From positions 75,330,001 to 75,394,000 of the forward strand of contig OZ287748.1 of NCBI GenBank assembly GCA_965649765.1: DNA of 64,000 bases. The letters are read 5' to 3'. The notes below the pieces were generated by a model, which did not search any database, had not been told where the DNA came from, and was given only the letters and a program-made list of their open reading frames with translations. Made by a program: the position numbers and the translations under genes. The stretch comes from Bispira polyomma. Its lineage: Eukaryota. Of this stretch, positions 25,741-38,351 are shown one piece after another (position 1 is the first letter of the stretch; the number at the start of each line of letters is the position of its first letter).

Positions 25741-26176
25741 TCGACAGTTTCATTAGGCCTTGGTTTACATGTATTTTCTCTCTTAACTTATCATTAACAA
25801 TTGCAATAAGTGAGTATTTTACTGAGTGGTACATATCTGAATTAGTCTTGTATATAGATCTCACCAGAAGACATTTGATGAATGTTTCTGTTTATGTACA
25901 TTTATAGTGAAACATATATGTTTCAAGTACAAATATACCCATGACTTGATTTTGAAGTAATTGTATTATTCCACTAGACAATAAAGCTGTAAAAGTTATT
26001 ACCACTCTGATGTAGCACAAAAACATCCTGGTTGTGTAGGAGGGTGGTGTCATAAGCCAACATCATTACTAGTAGGCCGCTAACAAAGGACTTCTCATAT
26101 TGCTAAATATCTTGTTGAAAATAGAAGCATGTGACAGACCAAAAGTACACCACCAACACTACATTATGATATTTTA

Positions 26177-29100
26177 ATGGTATTAGGTTCCTTAAATCCT
26201 ATCAGAATAGCTATCACAAACAGATTTTATGGTGGTTGTGTATGTTTTTTTTTTTGTTAATGGTCACACATGCTAACCATTTTTTTTATTAAATAGATTA
26301 AAAAACCAGTATACAGTATACTGTCATGTCACTGGGCTTAACAAAAAATGGAATTCCACCAAAATCTAATGTTTAATACAATAAATGTTAGATAGTATAA
26401 CTACTTGATTCACAGGTTATCCATTACTCATATGAAAAAGTACCCTGTTCCTCCCATCCATTTGTCATCTATTGTAGATTTGTTTAAGAGTCTTAACCAC
26501 GTTACCCCTTTTAACCTCTCAGAGGTATCCTGTGGCCTGAAAAAGTGCCTATCATTAATTTGTATCCCTCCTAGGAAATGTTGCAGACAAAATTTTCAAC
26601 TTGTTCAGTCCAATGGTGACAGCCAGTATTTTGTTAGAGAAGAGTAGTATATACAAAATTATTTGGTACTGTTACTTACTGATGTACAGCAACTACATTA
26701 TGACATAATTTATCACCAGGAACTACTGGGAGTCGAGCATTGTGGGAAGAGTGTGTGAAATCAATGCGGCTTCTGGCGAGGTCTGTATGCAGTGTAACAA
26801 TGCTCATTTTGTATGTGAAAGGATGGTGCCATTGGTATTCAGCTTGAAGAGGTTGCTATACTCCCCTGCCATGCCAGTGACTTAAAAGAGAACCTTGAGG
26901 GTATTGATATTTGGTTGTCCTCAAGCCTTTGTCTGATGTCTAAAGAATGCCAGTTAAAGGAGTGTGCAGAACAGGTTAAGTAGTCCTTTGAAATAAAATG
27001 ATAACACATAAGTTAATTACTGGGTTTGCAGTAAGAAAAATGTTATTTAGTACAATAAAATTAAATTATAACACATAATATTATAAAATTAATTTAAACT
27101 TCAATACTTCATGTAAATACTAAATGTTCTGGCCTGATACATTCCACCTTCTGAATTGGCCCAGACCACACTGACGAGTGGTTATAACCACTGGCTCCAC
27201 TGGCTCCACAACACTCTTTTTTACAGGTGATTCTAATCCTCCTGGTTACAAACCCACAAACTAGTAACCACTATTATAGTACATCAGTATGTTTGGTGTA
27301 TTTGTAAAGCATAACCTTATACATTTTACTGGTAAGTATAATTATAAAAATGTTCATAAAATAAAAGTATATTTTAGAAAATGGTATTTAGGAGAGAATT
27401 CAGAAGACACAAAAATACAGACTTGCTTCCAGGTTTCCATACACAGGTAACCTATTTGAGAATGTGGCACAGCAACAACAAATAAACCTGTTATAAGTGG
27501 GCGTAATATTATCCTGGAAGGAATTTTGTATCAACAAGTTAACAAGACAGATTGAAATAATCTTAACTTTTAATATTACTTAAGGATATCCAGTTTTTAG
27601 TATCTTCATAATATTATATATCTATGTTGTGTTTTTGCACAAACAGTTACCAAACATGTGACAATTTTATCAAGATTCATTAACTTATCTAAGAAGGAAA
27701 GAAATACACAAAAGATCTAGAAGAAACTGGTGAGAAACAGGTAATCAAAAGAAGGTAGAATTATCAAGGCAGTAAATCTTCATTTAGTTGACCCTTTATG
27801 TACATTTAATAACATGTACTTGTCCTGTGTTGAGGCATTAAGTGCATATTAATTGTAGTCATTCGGGGTCAGTTTGGAACTTTTTTGCACTGGGAACAGT
27901 AGGCTAATGTCAGGGCAGAGTGATCTGAAGGTGAGCACATAAAAAAAATCATTATTATTATGGAAATAAAATATCAAGCTGACAGAAAATCTTATGAAAG
28001 AGTAAGACTACAAAAAGTCTTACACGTCTTCATCACCACACCATGAAGTGCCAAAAAGTATGGAGTCTTGATAAGCAAGTAAACAGTAGTACTTATGAAT
28101 ATGATAACTTTTGTCTGAGATCATCAATTGAAAGACAAGCTATATATTTTGTTATAAAGTATTTAATAAGACCTAAGGGTGTCAGGGAAAGTTTCACAAT
28201 TGTAGCAAACTATTTTAAAATAAGACTGACTACACAAGAATTAAACTAAAGTTATGTATTTATAGTAAAAACAAAGGACATCATTGTTATGAAAAAAATG
28301 TATTAAGCTGACAGATAATCTTCTTGATGACTAAGACTACAAGAGTCTTATAAATCTGCATCACCATGAAGTGCTAAAGAGTATGGAAGTAAATAAGGTA
28401 AATAAGTCTGCAACAGTAGTATTTCTGAATATGGTAAATTATGTATTTTGTTATAAAATACAAGATCAGACTTAGGGTTGCTGGCAATGGCAGAAAACTA
28501 TTTTTAATAAGACTGATTACCCAAAGAATTGGGCTAAATTTATGCATTTATATTTAAAACAAAGGAGCTTAGCACATGTTTTGATTATTGCACCAACAAA
28601 ACCGCAGACAAATGGCATGCCTTATATGTTTTTATATGCAATGATTTTTTAAAAAATTATTACATCTAATTTCCATTTTATGTTTTTATTATCACCAAAT
28701 GAATATATATGACACATTTGGGAGTGAAGATGCATTGACTTGACTGAGCAACGGGGTTCGCAGTTTATATATATAATAATACATTGTAGTTTTAATTTTT
28801 TTTCTCAAAACCGGCTTTATGGACGTTTTAGATCTCAGAATTATTTGGAATGACGAGAAATGCCTATAAAATGTCACAGAAAGTTAGATGCTTTCAGTAG
28901 ATCAATGCAAATATGTGAATAGGGTGAGATATATAAGGTATACTACAGTGATACTCCAGTGAGATGCTAATTGTTTACACTTTTTAAATCAAATACTATC
29001 CGTTGTACTTCCCATAGTGGAGGAAATAACTCCAAGGTGACAATAAGATTTTTAGCACGTTCTGAGAAGATGACTAAAAAAACATTTATTTGTGTTTTAT

Positions 29101-30955
29101 CATGGAATGATAATAAAGAAGAACTAAAGACAATCCCATTTTTCTTGGCTGCAATCTTTTGTGGTGCATCTTCTCTGAGGTGTACTTTTGTGAGTATTTC
29201 ATTGACTGTCTTTGCTTTGTGATGAGCTGTAAAGTACAGATGAATTGTTGTTCTTTATGTTCACGTCTATACTTTTCCTATTGTGATTAAGAGTCCCTTA
29301 GTTTTAGCACAAAAACCCATTGCCATTGTTGAGTGAAGCTAACCCAATGCAACAAAGAAGTGTAATTTGTAAGTCTCAAGTTGGAATATTTAAGACACAA
29401 GCAACAACACCTCAATGAACTAGATTTAGTAAGCTTAAAACATACAGCCAACATCCTGAGTTTTTCAAATATACTGTTATTTTGAAGAAATGGTTTCATT
29501 GCATTCAAGAAAGTTCTTAACAATCCATATTTTTGTAGCATATGGAATATTGTGATAAATTATGTGGTAACAGTCATTTTAGATAAAAAAAAAAATATAC
29601 CTGCATACAACAATATTACCGACGCCAGTTCCTGTTACACAGTTAGCAAGGTTTTTTGCAAATACACTAAATATGCTCATAAGTATAGTTTAAGAAGTAA
29701 GCTTCTATTTATTTCCAGTGTTTACTAAAAGAAGAAATAAGGGATTCGAGAAAGTCTCAGGAAGTATAATATAGAGCAGTAATCGTTTTTATCAAAGCTC
29801 TTTTATATAAAGATATACTTTGATATAATTGTGAGTTTCAGTTCAATTCATTTTGATAATAATTGCTCCATGTTACCAATAAAGCCTAATGTATTCCTGA
29901 ATTATATTCTGTTGTCTGTCCAGCTGTCCAACTACACCACCAAGCCCATCCCCCTGAAGACTGGTAGAGAGCTAGTAATTTGAGCCTGTAGTTGCAATAT
30001 AATAAATGGTTCAACAATACCTTTTATATGTGATATATAACTACTCCGTTTGACTATGCATGGCAAAATGTGATAATATAGGATAAAAAAAGAAGCTTTA
30101 AATTAATAAAGGAAAAAACCTTATCAGGTTGTATTTCCGCATTTCAAAGTCCAGTGATAAAGTCGTGGAATATTAATATCACACACAAACACCAACATCC
30201 ACTATACAGTTTCAGCAAGGCCTATTGAGAACTACTTGCTCTATTTAGCCTATGTAATTGAGTAGACTCTGTAAATATAGACTTTATAAGACTCGATTTT
30301 AGCTGAAAGGAAATTAAAAAAAAAATTAATTTACAAATTCAATAGTGTAATAATTTTCTCCTAATAGACACTTGAGGTTGAGGGGCTGAAAACAGCAATA
30401 TAAAGGTTCACTGCCAAAAACCATTAGGTTAAATAACCTCCGCTAATTCCCAGTAAAAAATTCCACTTATATCATCCTAGTTATTAGACCTGATAAGTAC
30501 CCTTCAAATAACACTTGACAAAGAGGCTTTGTAGATGTAAGCTGACAGTATTTGTGTCATGGGGCAGCATAGATCCCCACTAGTTTATCCCTGATTGGCT
30601 GTGACAACTCATCCCATTCATTCTGTAGTAGTCTGAATGTCAAGGCCATCTATCTGGCTGATGTCAGGAACACATACATGGCCTACGGTAAATAACAATC
30701 TTTAAGACTTAGACTCATTATTTCTTGTAAATTCAAAGTTTTAGGTCTCTATATTGGTGACGATAGAGAAGTATTTAAAGCTGGATTTGTGAATTGCTTT
30801 TGCAATTCATTGATGACGTGAGATTATATGGATATTAAACTAAAAAATGAACATCATTATTTTTATTAAAATATCCATGTACTAGTTGAACCTAAAGGCA
30901 GCTTATATGTAAGTTTGAACTTATGTATAAAGTTAATATCTAACTGAGTCAAGGG
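26177..30955 (+). repeat. Segmental duplication block C' (with internal ~330-bp tandem duplication ~27955-28560)
   Basis: Colinear with C; aagctgacaga.aatctt...taagactaca occurs at ~27976 and ~28305 versus once at ~24170. Confidence 0.88.
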
Positions 30956-31889
30956 TTTAAGTATAAAATGTTTTGAGTTGATTTGGATTTAAATGTTGCG
31001 TCAACAGCTCAAATCGCCGGTTTGTGTATGTTGGAAATAAAAAGTGTGATACAGTAATCTTTAAATTACACAAAGGAAATTTTCCATTATGAAAAATTGT
31101 TCACTATTTTTAAATATGATTAAAACTAACCATTAAATAAATGAGATGTAGGACACATATATATAAGTATACCTGTAGAGGTGCAATTTAATTAGACTAG
31201 GATACTCCTCAAAAAGATTATTTAGCATTCTGAACAGCCGACCAGCACTGATTTCTTATGTGTACAAACTGGGTCAAAGGTGCAGGAAACAGTCCTTAAG
31301 TGACTGGTTTATCATTGTAAACTGTCCCACCTTACCACTCGTTTTATAGAATACTTATTTAGATACTACACCAAACCTGTGCCCCCTTTTCTAAGAGTGC
31401 ACCACTCTGACCACCAGAGACTACATAATAACAATGTGTGCAGATACTGATGTTTTCCAGAAAAAAAGGGCCCCAAAGTGGTGTACACGTGACAAGGTTG
31501 CCTCCTGCCTCAACACAGTTGTGGATTCGAATTTTGATCACGGCATTTATGTGGGCAAATTACCAGTAAAACTGCACCATGGCCGGTGGTCGGCAGTTCA
31601 GAAACCCTCAGAAACCCTCAGAACCCTCAGAACGTCAAACCTGAAGATAAATCTAAAAATCAGACGTATATGCAAATAATCTTTGTGACATTTGGCTGTG
31701 TGAGGAGTGACATTTTCAGACTGAAAGATTGAGGCAATTTTGTAATTCCCTGCTTTAACTCACGCCTTCTCCTGTCTGACCTTTGGTAATGAAGGTAAAT
31801 CTGACACAATGAACACTTTTTAGTGAGTGGAATCTAAGCTGTATGTCAGGTGGGTAAAAAGATATACATAAATCTATTAAATTGTTGTT

Positions 31890-32945
31890 AGCCTACCTGT
31901 TCTCATGTACACGATTTGTGACAACCAACTGCGGATATGTAAATGAAAATGTTTACTTCTATAGCACAACAATCGATGACCAGGCACCCTTTTTGGTACA
32001 CATTCCAGTCAGTATGCAAAAGTCTGAGATGACAAAAAATTTGTGATCAGAGTCCAGTCGTAACCAGGAGACATATGATACAGATGTGTTTTGAGCTTTT
32101 CCTGAGGCCTGCAATCCTTGTTCATACTAGTAGGACGAATATTCCACTCAGTGGTTGCTGCAACATTGAATGATTTAGAAGCAGCCAGTTTGTAAGTATG
32201 AAGTCAGAGGTGGAGAGATGATTTCCTCTGGTGACATTACTGTGGCGACAAAGACATAGATGATAAATATGCTGGCTGCTGTACCTGGAAAGTCCTTAAA
32301 ATGAGGACATTTACCTTGAATTTTGAATTTTACACAGAGCTAAAATAGACAGCCAATATTTAAAAAATTATCTTGTACTTTCCATGTATTGGAATGTGAT
32401 TTGAGACATCTGATGTCTGAATTGTACAATCTATAGTCATAATCATGAAAATCGCCTTTAAGACGGAAACATGTGCTATGGATATTCTGAAATACTAAAT
32501 TTTATTAAAATATAGCATTCTGGTGTCATTTATACGAGGACAACAACATCTAAAATGAACATCGGAAATCAGTCATACATTGCTTGTGCAAAATCATGCA
32601 AATCATGTACATAGCAATGTAGGCCAACACTTCATAACTTTCCAATGAGGATATTGGATCCAAAACTCTGTGGCCATGTCCACCTACAATCTCAAGTTCA
32701 AACTTAGCCTCAACTCGAATCCAGCCTTTTTCAAAGTCCTTATATAAAAAAATACCCATTCCTGTGACTATGTCAACAGGGCTCTTACAGTACTGAATTT
32801 AAATATGCAGTCAGATTTGATGTATGTTCCCTCTTGTCAGAGGTAATGATACCTTAAAGTTGAGTTTGAGAATCGTCTCAGAATATATGGCCACTGGTAA
32901 ACAAAAGTGCAACCTCAGATGTTGAGCTTACATTGATATATCATC
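31890..32945 (-). pseudogene. Decayed intron-containing coding relic, possibly KDZ/HMGXB3-like transposase
   Basis: Minus-strand ttttcag|exon|gtatc...ttcag|exon joins in frame (PVAIYSETILKLNFK|YCKSPVDIVTGMGIFLYKDFEKGW); downstream EKLKTHLYHMSPG. Resemblance to KDZ-type motifs is weak and from memory only. Confidence 0.25.
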
Positions 32946-33796
32946 TGAAAACATAAATAAATATGTCGGATGTTGTAGAACACATGTCATAAAAAAGCTA
33001 TTTAACGCTTAGGTTATTGGTTAGCAGTCGACGGAATTAGTTACTCCCACAACCTATATGTCTGTTGACAAACAATTCGACACCCCAAAAAATATTATTA
33101 TATTTTCCTACAGTTCCTTGAAATAGAAAATTGTTTGTACAGCACAGCGCCCTATAGTGTGACCTTGAGAGTAATTACAAAAGGTAAAACCACAGTAATT
33201 AAAAACATGCCAAGTGGGGGTATTAAGTTTATTTCTGCATTTCCCAGCCCCAGGCCAGAGGGGTCAGAGGTCAAGAAGACAAGATAATAATACTACAGAA
33301 TGCGGTAAAACATTTATTGTTAGACTACAGGTTAGACTAAAACTATCTACAGGCAACTTAAGGTCACCAGAATTACAAACAATTATTTACAGAACTTATG
33401 GTGGCTTAAGGCCACCTTAAATAAATGTTTTAGCGTTGCCAAGTGATTTGGTAAGGTCACCTTAGATAAACAAAGTCCATTGTTCAAATTAATTCACTAT
33501 GACAAAGGTGACCTTAAAGTGAAAAGGTTAAGTTGAATTTCCACAATTAATTACTATAAGACAAGTAACCTTGGATTACTATTTAACAGTTTAAAGCAAA
33601 CCTCTATGCGTTAAGTAGTATTGAAGTAAGGTACTAGTGCTTTACAATTACTGTTTAATAGTTAAGCACACGCTAAGTTGGTAGCAAGTCATATAGAAAT
33701 GTTTCAATTACTGCTACAGAAAGAAGTTCTTTAAAAAAGATACGTGAACAAAGGCTAAAAAATGACTAAAAACAGCCAAACCCCAATGTAGTAGGG

Positions 33797-34741
33797 CTAG
33801 GAAGGTAAGGAAGAAGACAGCTGTTTTCGAAAGGTGTCAGCCACCTGATGGCCAGCATCAACAGTGTCAGTGACGTACCTCCACACGCAGTCCGACGTCC
33901 AAGTGCTAAGTTTTTGTATGTTCTGAATGCTAACGTTACGGTTAAATGCGAAAGTGGTACCTGAACGACGGAAAGTGTGGAAGGTAAGTCCAGAATCTTG
34001 TAATTGTAATCTGGTAAGGATATTTTTGAAATGCACTCGAACCTTGGAATCAGCCAGGGGAGTCCATTGGGCTTTAGTTTTAATTTGGAAAAGGGGAGAA
34101 TTTGGTCCAGAAGGGGTGAGTGCCAAAATATCTTCTAAAGCACGCACAGGGCACAATGGAGAGTGTACCAATCTAGGGACAGTAATGAGTTTAATTTGTT
34201 TATTGTTTTGCATTGTTTTGGACCATTTTATGAGAAGTACTGCGTTGTGACGATGAATCATGACGTCAGCTTTTGCCAAATGTTTTAAGGCAGAAAATTG
34301 GTTAACAGAATGTGGAACCAAATTTGATAATCTAAGGAAAGAGAAATAACTAAGCAAGTAAAGGGCTTTGAAGACAAAGCCCATATATGTGGTATGACAC
34401 ATTTGAATGATTTTTCCCAAGGTTGGAATGTCAATTTTTTTTTCAACTTACCATGGAGAGGCGCAGCCATCTGCACTGCTTTCTGGTAGTATGCAATACA
34501 GGGGTCAATAAATGCATGAATATTTACATTGTGAATTATTGACTTAGCTTTAATTGTAACAACTCTAGAAATCACAAGAGGTCAAACACAGTCACCTGAT
34601 TTAACTGCATGTCCATGAAGGCAGCATAGGCCCGAAAGACTGTATACATTGCATTATAGGATCTTGCAGTGGATCTGCAGAAAGCCAGGTGTAGTTTTTC
34701 TGTTGCCTTTTTATATAATAGTTGTTGTACTGGGTTTTTGT
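33797..34741 (-). pseudogene. Tyrosine recombinase of element 2
   Basis: Three frames join (34572-34790, 34285-34575, 33797-34420); R-K-HxxR-W-Y catalytic set recognisable. Confidence 0.9.
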
Positions 34742-34786
34742 CTGAAAAAATAAGAACACTACCAGAAGCATTGTGTGACACAGTTA

Positions 34787-37240
34787 TCATATGTGCACAT
34801 TAAGTAACAGATGTTTCTCAGTCACTGGACACCATTGGACGTCACCTGCAAGACTATTTAATCGATTAATGTCCTGTGCAGAGTTGATCCATCTGGACAG
34901 CAAGTCAGCTACAGTATTGTTTTAACCTAGGATATGAATCTTTCAATTCAACATCAAAGTGGCTAGCCACCATGAAAATGTTTCTGGAACATAGGGCTAA
35001 GTCAGAATTGCGCATTCTGCCATGAGTAATAACACTAACCACCGCCTGGTTGTCACATTTTAGGACGATTTTTTGTCCTTTCCAGAGATGAGCCCATAAC
35101 CTTAATGCTAGTAGAATGTTCAACATTTCCAGGAAGGCTATGTTGTGATGATGCATATTTACAGGCAGAGGCAGTGTATAAACCTGTTTCCCATAAACCC
35201 ACCCATTCCTTTTAGGCATGCGTCCAACTCTAAAGTGGCACTCACAGGTTTATGATAAAAGAAAGACAAGCCATTATACTTTTTCAAAAATGACCTGAAC
35301 CAAGTCAAGTCTTGCCGAAATTCAAAAGAAATTTTGAATGATTTTTTGTTATGGTTACTACTAAGAAGCTGGAGCATGCGGTTAAGGAAGAACCTGGAGT
35401 ATTTCACACATTTTGATATGTATAAAAGAGAACCCAGCAAACACTGGAGCTCACTTTTTGTACAGTACTTTTTACTCGCCCACTCATCACACATAACTTG
35501 TATATTTTCCAGCTTTTCGGCCGGTATCGAGGTGGTAAAGTCTACTGTGTCTATGTCAATTCCTAAACAGGTGACCCGAGTTGTTGGAGGGACTAGTTTT
35601 TTCTGGCTCAAAGTAAGACCTAGTTCTGCCAGAATACTTTGCAGGCGATAATAGGTTTTGTATATTTTTGTGGCAGTAGAACAGCATGATAGATCGTCGA
35701 TATTGTTCAATATATGGTGACCTTCACCCTTCATTATGAACCGGATACTATCTGAAATTCGCTAAAATATTGCCAAGCCATGCTTGTAGCCGAAGGGGAG
35801 GGAGCCGTCCACATAGTAACCATCCCAATAAAGTCCCAATAAATTGACATCCTTAGGGTCCATGGTCACATGCCTAAAGGCGCGACTGATGTCCGCTTTA
35901 AAGATCAGAGAACCCCTCCCCCGGCTATAACTTGATTTGTTATAGTGTCAATCGATGGATATGTGAATATAAAATCGCTGTTCAAATACGGGATACTGCA
36001 GCATTAACCGAATGACCTTCTAGCCAGCTGAGATCAATTATAACTCAACGGTTAGACGAGCTGGATTTATTTCTGGTCATAAATGGGAAAGTATGTAACT
36101 TGATGTCAGGAGGTGTGGCAAAAGGGCCATACATAGCACCCAACTTGCATTCCTAGTGGCTCACTCATTCTGGGTATTGTACAGCTGAGGAGTGATTGTT
36201 ACGTTCTGATTTAAATTCGTGTACGTCATCACAATCAAGGGGGAATCCAAACTTGATTAACAAAGGGAGTTCCCAATCCCAGTAACCTTGCAAGTATTCC
36301 GCCCATACATTGGCATTAAGCGGAGTAATAACAGGTAACTGAAGGCCCCTATAATTAAGGCGACCATCCAGCACAAGACACTGGTGTAGAGTCAAAGCAT
36401 GTTCAGGTAGCTTATCAGCTGAGTTATCACTAATAGGGGAGTCCCACTGTGTCAATGGAATAAACCCAAACTTGCCCTCATTCTGCACATCCCACAAATT
36501 ATAAGTGCTATGTTGCTTAGCTTTGTTCAATTGTTGTATTTTGTCAGGGCGCTTATGCATGTCTAATGAATACTTGTCAACACAGTCAGTCAAGTTCAGT
36601 TTGCTTGTTTTGCGACCACCAGTCAACTTCTTTGCATTATCAGAACAAACACGACCCCCACACTTGTTGACCTTGCCAACACGGTTTATTGTTTCACTAG
36701 AGGCCAAAGGCTCTGCAGAAGTGACACTTTGAACACAGTTTTTCCCCACATCATCTACACAATGGCTTAACGCAGAAAACTTATTAAGGAGGAACAACTG
36801 AAAAACACCACTCCCCATTCCATTGTCCCCCCCCCCCCCCCGAGTTCACACCTTTTGTGACATAATTGAATGGTTATTGAGGTGCCCCCCTTGGGGGAGG
36901 CTTGATTGAAAAGTTGTTGTGTGTACTTCACACCGTTTTGTAACATTGATTTGTTCATTTTCGACACAACTAACTTGTTGGCAACTTTTTGTTTACACTT
37001 AACAGAGGGTTTTGGTCCCCTGCTATTTCTCCCAATGTCGCCCACCACAGGTCGGCTAGTGTGGACTCGAGAATTACCTTTTTTCACATCCACTACCACG
37101 TCCCACGTTTGTTACACATGAGATATTTAACATACAATTGATCACACAATTTAGAATCTTTAAAGTTAGAGTTGTACACCAATCTAGAATATATCACATC
37201 ATTTTGACGTTTAGGGTCCACTGCAGTACTGCAGTGGCCA
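34787..37240 (-). pseudogene. pol (RT + RNase H) of element 2
   Basis: NYRGLQLPV..LN..W..GFPLD, NHSSA, LGLTLSQKK..CLGIDIDT, LLGSLLYISKCV, RNase H motifs; several stops and frameshifts; ends ..LLLNVHI*. Confidence 0.9.
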
Positions 37241-37251
37241 CTCAGTTTTTT
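37218..37251 (-). promoter_or_regulatory. Putative -1 ribosomal frameshift signal (A_AAA_AAC + hairpin)
   Basis: Slippery AAAAAAC (37251-37245) in gag phase before TGA; 7-nt spacer; perfect palindrome CCACTGCAGTACTGCAGTGG (37218-37237); homologous cassette at 49831-49864. Confidence 0.65.
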
Positions 37252-38210
37252 ACTACTGATTTTTTAGTACATCACAGTTTTTGCAGCAGTGTTTAAACTA
37301 CTGTCCGGAAGTACGGTGGCTAGTGTTGAACTTACAAGTTCCTTCCCGGAAAAACCGACAGACAACGCCTTGAGATTTAAGTTGACTTTTTGGCTTGGAA
37401 TTGGACTTTGAAGCGCCTGAGTTATTTGTACTGTTTGGAATATGGCGTTGAGCGTGAGCTCTACAGACACGGTCTACTTTGTCGACGTCCATCCACTTAA
37501 GGTGGTGAAGTTCCATATTAGTAAGCAAAATAGCGTGAGACGCTTTGGCGGCTTCCCACGAGAAATCATGGGCGTCATCCATCAAATTGGCAAGATACTC
37601 AAGCATTGCCTCCCGTACTTTTGCTCCTGTATGCATCGAACAAATCCTAAAGTAAATTCCACTAGGGTTAAAGCATCGTATGTGGGTCTGGTTTTTTTCA
37701 CTTCCGACAGTACAAAATTCTGAGGCCGATCAACGCTTTTCTTAATAGGGGCCTCAGCACCACCACGCTGTGACTTTAATTTACCTCCGGTAAATTCATT
37801 GAGTTGTTGCAACTGCACTAAACGCTGGTCTACCTGGGCCTGTATTTGATCATTTAAGCGCCAAAAAATTTTGGGAAAGGAACCACGGTTTCTATTACTG
37901 GCTCAGATACTTTTGCAACATTAATACTGGATATAGAAGGGTTTGTACATGCCTTATTGGCACTGGGTAGACACAGCGCCGCCTCCGTGACTTGCAAACG
38001 TCGATCCATGCTCTTCATTTTTTTGTTCAACGCCTGGAGTTGTTGTAATATTTGTCCAGACACAGAATCAGACAAACCATTGGTAGAAGCAGGATCAACC
38101 GTGGTCACTTTCTCGGCAACGCTGTCCTCCAAGTAAAACCGACAACGCCTTCCAACAGGCCTTTCATGCTTGCCCGAACACCCATTACACTGATATTCCT
38201 TTTTAGGCAT
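37242..38210 (-). pseudogene. gag-like ORF1 of element 2
   Basis: N-terminal CNGCSGKHERPVGRRC, coiled-coil-like segment, GKLKSQRGG, YDALTLVEF..GF, YLANLMDDAHDFSW, C-terminal Cys/His motifs; ends AAA AAC TGA. Confidence 0.8.
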
Positions 38211-38341
38211 TTTCAGGTATATTTCAAATAAGCTTTAAACTAGAAGTTAAAATCAACGTAGGGTAGTAAAGCCCCAATTGTTAAAACACTCTTTCTTTGA
38301 GAATGTATTTGTTTTAATGATGGCGCTTGTTGGATGCCAAA

Positions 38342-38351
38342 CCCTTATATA
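38342..38351 (-). promoter_or_regulatory. TATA box of element 2 internal promoter
   Basis: TATATAAGGG ~135 nt upstream of the gag ATG; equivalent TATAAAGGGCG at 49338 and TATAAAAGGCG (minus, 57184-57194) in elements 4 and 5. Confidence 0.55.

Noticed and set aside
1985-31000. Many 60-120 aa ORFs in the duplicated region
   Set aside because: Except LINE fragments, they are not preserved between paralogous blocks and have no recognisable motifs.
31608-31633. Short tcagaaaccc tandem repeat (and 17-bp repeat at 3767-3809)
   Set aside because: Ordinary local slippage; not telomeric and not conserved elsewhere.
34787-35220. Methyltransferase domain typical of DIRS1-like elements
   Set aside because: RNase H is followed by a short tail and stop in elements 2-5; no MT motifs seen, hence the Ngaro-like call.
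36827-36842. Poly-C tracts (also 55967-55984) as functional G-quadruplexes
   Set aside because: Simple homopolymer expansions; the homologous site in element 4 (~50417) is a short interrupted G run.
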